From NCBI GenBank assembly GCA_964467785.1, contig CAYXVB010000002.1:1-50990 (forward strand): DNA of 50,990 bases, read 5' to 3'. Positions 50,171 through 50,990 of the stretch are shown here, one piece after another (the stretch's first letter is position 1; every line of letters starts with the position of its first letter). This DNA comes from an uncultured Bacteriovoracaceae bacterium (GTDB taxonomy: Bacteria; Bdellovibrionota; UBA1018). A model generated the notes under the pieces. That model ran no database searches and was not told where the DNA came from. It saw only the letters and a program-made list of their open reading frames with translations. Position numbers and translations under genes: made by a program.

Positions 50171-50776
50171 TTACCGATGCGTCTCTTCCTCGGCATCGAT
50201 CTCGCGGATCGCCGTCTCTTCCGACGAGGCGTCGGACTTCCCCGGACTGGAAATACCGCCGCGGCCGCGGGAGAGGATGTTACGGAACACGTCGGGGCCG
50301 ACGTAGCGATGCTCGAAATAATGGATCAACGGCATGCTCACGACAATCGTGAAGGTCAGCAGCAGCGCCTCGACGTAAAAGCCCACGCCGATCGCCGAGC
50401 CGATCGCGGCATTCACCCACACGATCGCGGCCGAAGTCAGCCCGAAGACAGGGCCTTTAGCGTCCTTGAAGATCGAGCCGGCGCCCAGAAAGCCCACGCC
50501 CGTGATGATCTGGGACATCACGCGGGTCGGATCGCCTGAAGCGGCGCCCGAGGTCAGCACAGCCCCCAGATGGGTAAAGAGCATCGAACCGATACAGATC
50601 AGGAAATTCGTCTTCATCCCGATCTGGCTTCGCCGCAGACGGCGCTCGAATCCAAGAAGCGCGCCACAAAAGGCGGCAAGCCCGAGCTTGACGAGAAACG
50701 TTTCACTGATGTGCAGGAAGAAATTGAGGAAGTGCATAGAGGCCCCGACCGCGATTGTACTCGCAATCAGGGCCAA
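50171..50776 (-). CDS. MgtC/SapB family membrane protein
   Basis: Contains LAAFCGALLGFERR...GMKTNFLICIGSMLF and ITGVGFLGAGSIFKD. Confidence 0.8.
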   Translation of the reverse strand: MALIASTIAVGASMHFLNFFLHISETFLVKLGLAAFCGALLGFERRLRRSQIGMKTNFLICIGSMLFTHLGAVLTSGAASGDPTRVMSQIITGVGFLGAGSIFKDAKGPVFGLTSAAIVWVNAAIGSAIGVGFYVEALLLTFTIVVSMPLIHYFEHRYVGPDVFRNILSRGRGGISSPGKSDASSEETAIREIDAEEETHR

Positions 50777-50839
50777 AAAGCAAAGTTCGGCCAGGATCTT
50801 GTCTCGAATTTTCGGAAGGGATCCCGGCGGAAACCCCCG

Positions 50840-50990
50840 TCAGTTGTCTTCCGACCTGTGCGACTCGTGCGAGTCGTGGTGATGGTTGGCATCCGAAGTC
50901 GCGATCGCCGAATCCTCGGTCTCGTCCGGATTGGTCAGCAAGCCATACTCCCGCTCCTTGCGGTAGAGAGTGCGGCGGTTGATCCCGAGT
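50840..50990 (-). CDS. C-terminal end of a Fis-type HTH (sigma-54 enhancer-binding-protein-like) regulator, partial at window edge
   Basis: The minus-strand frame reads LGINRRTLYRKEREYGLL... followed by a His/Asp/Ser-rich tail and stop TGA (50840-42). Only the HTH_8-like helix is visible. Confidence 0.55.
   Translation of the reverse strand, partial: LGINRRTLYRKEREYGLLTNPDETEDSAIATSDANHHHDSHESHRSEDN

Noticed and set aside
1-50990. Mobile elements, prophage or defence islands
   Set aside because: No integrase, transposase, recombinase, restriction-modification, toxin-antitoxin or phage structural signatures were recognised in any frame. Low-GC patches (about 21.45-22.4 kb, 26.8-27.2 kb, 46.6-46.8 kb, 47.5-47.7 kb) are short and mostly intergenic.

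Overview
This is a high-GC bacterial chromosomal segment of about 51 kb, densely coding on both strands. I found no rRNA or tRNA genes, CRISPR arrays, transposases, integrases or prophage genes. Gene content (PilT, an AgmX/PglI-type TonB-like protein, hemerythrin, many cNMP and PilZ signalling proteins) suggests a Myxococcota or Bdellovibrionota-like organism; that is inference only.

Five themes stand out:

1. **RNA modification and translation genes.** These are unusually concentrated. They include a TrmN6-like methyltransferase, an RlmM-like methyltransferase and a tRNA-guanine transglycosylase fused to an MnmC-type methyltransferase domain. A TruC/RluA-type pseudouridine synthase, GluQ-tRNA(Asp) synthetase, type-2 IleRS, TrmO and a partial ABC-F ATPase are also present.
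2. **A local cAMP/cNMP signalling set.** It comprises a class III cyclase with its catalytic domain at the N-terminus, followed by a 7TM sensor and a GAF domain, plus a PP2C phosphatase fused to a cNMP-binding domain and a stand-alone cNMP-binding protein.
3. **The most interesting region, about 34.2-46.6 kb.** A translationally coupled operon encodes a TolQ/ExbB-like channel, two TolR/ExbD-like proteins, two large helical-repeat envelope proteins, a small Q-rich secreted protein and an FHA/TonB-like protein. It is flanked by small outer-membrane-type proteins and a PilZ protein. This parts list matches Agl/Glt (gliding) or Nfs-type trans-envelope machines rather than classical Ton or Tol-Pal.
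4. **A large repeat-module lipoprotein** lying tail-to-tail with pilT.
5. **Smaller oddities.**
   - an Rrf2/NsrR-like regulator divergent from a CXXCH lipoprotein, with two N12-spaced inverted repeats
   - a two-repeat secreted protein interrupted by an in-frame TAG
   - a TetR-like HTH relic
   - a small ORF plus ATP-grasp pair
   - a structured intergenic region upstream of ileS

Many long antisense ORFs in the track are Arg/Gly/Pro-rich high-GC artefacts, and I rejected them. All functional calls come from motif recognition by eye. No database search was run, and several start codons are uncertain.
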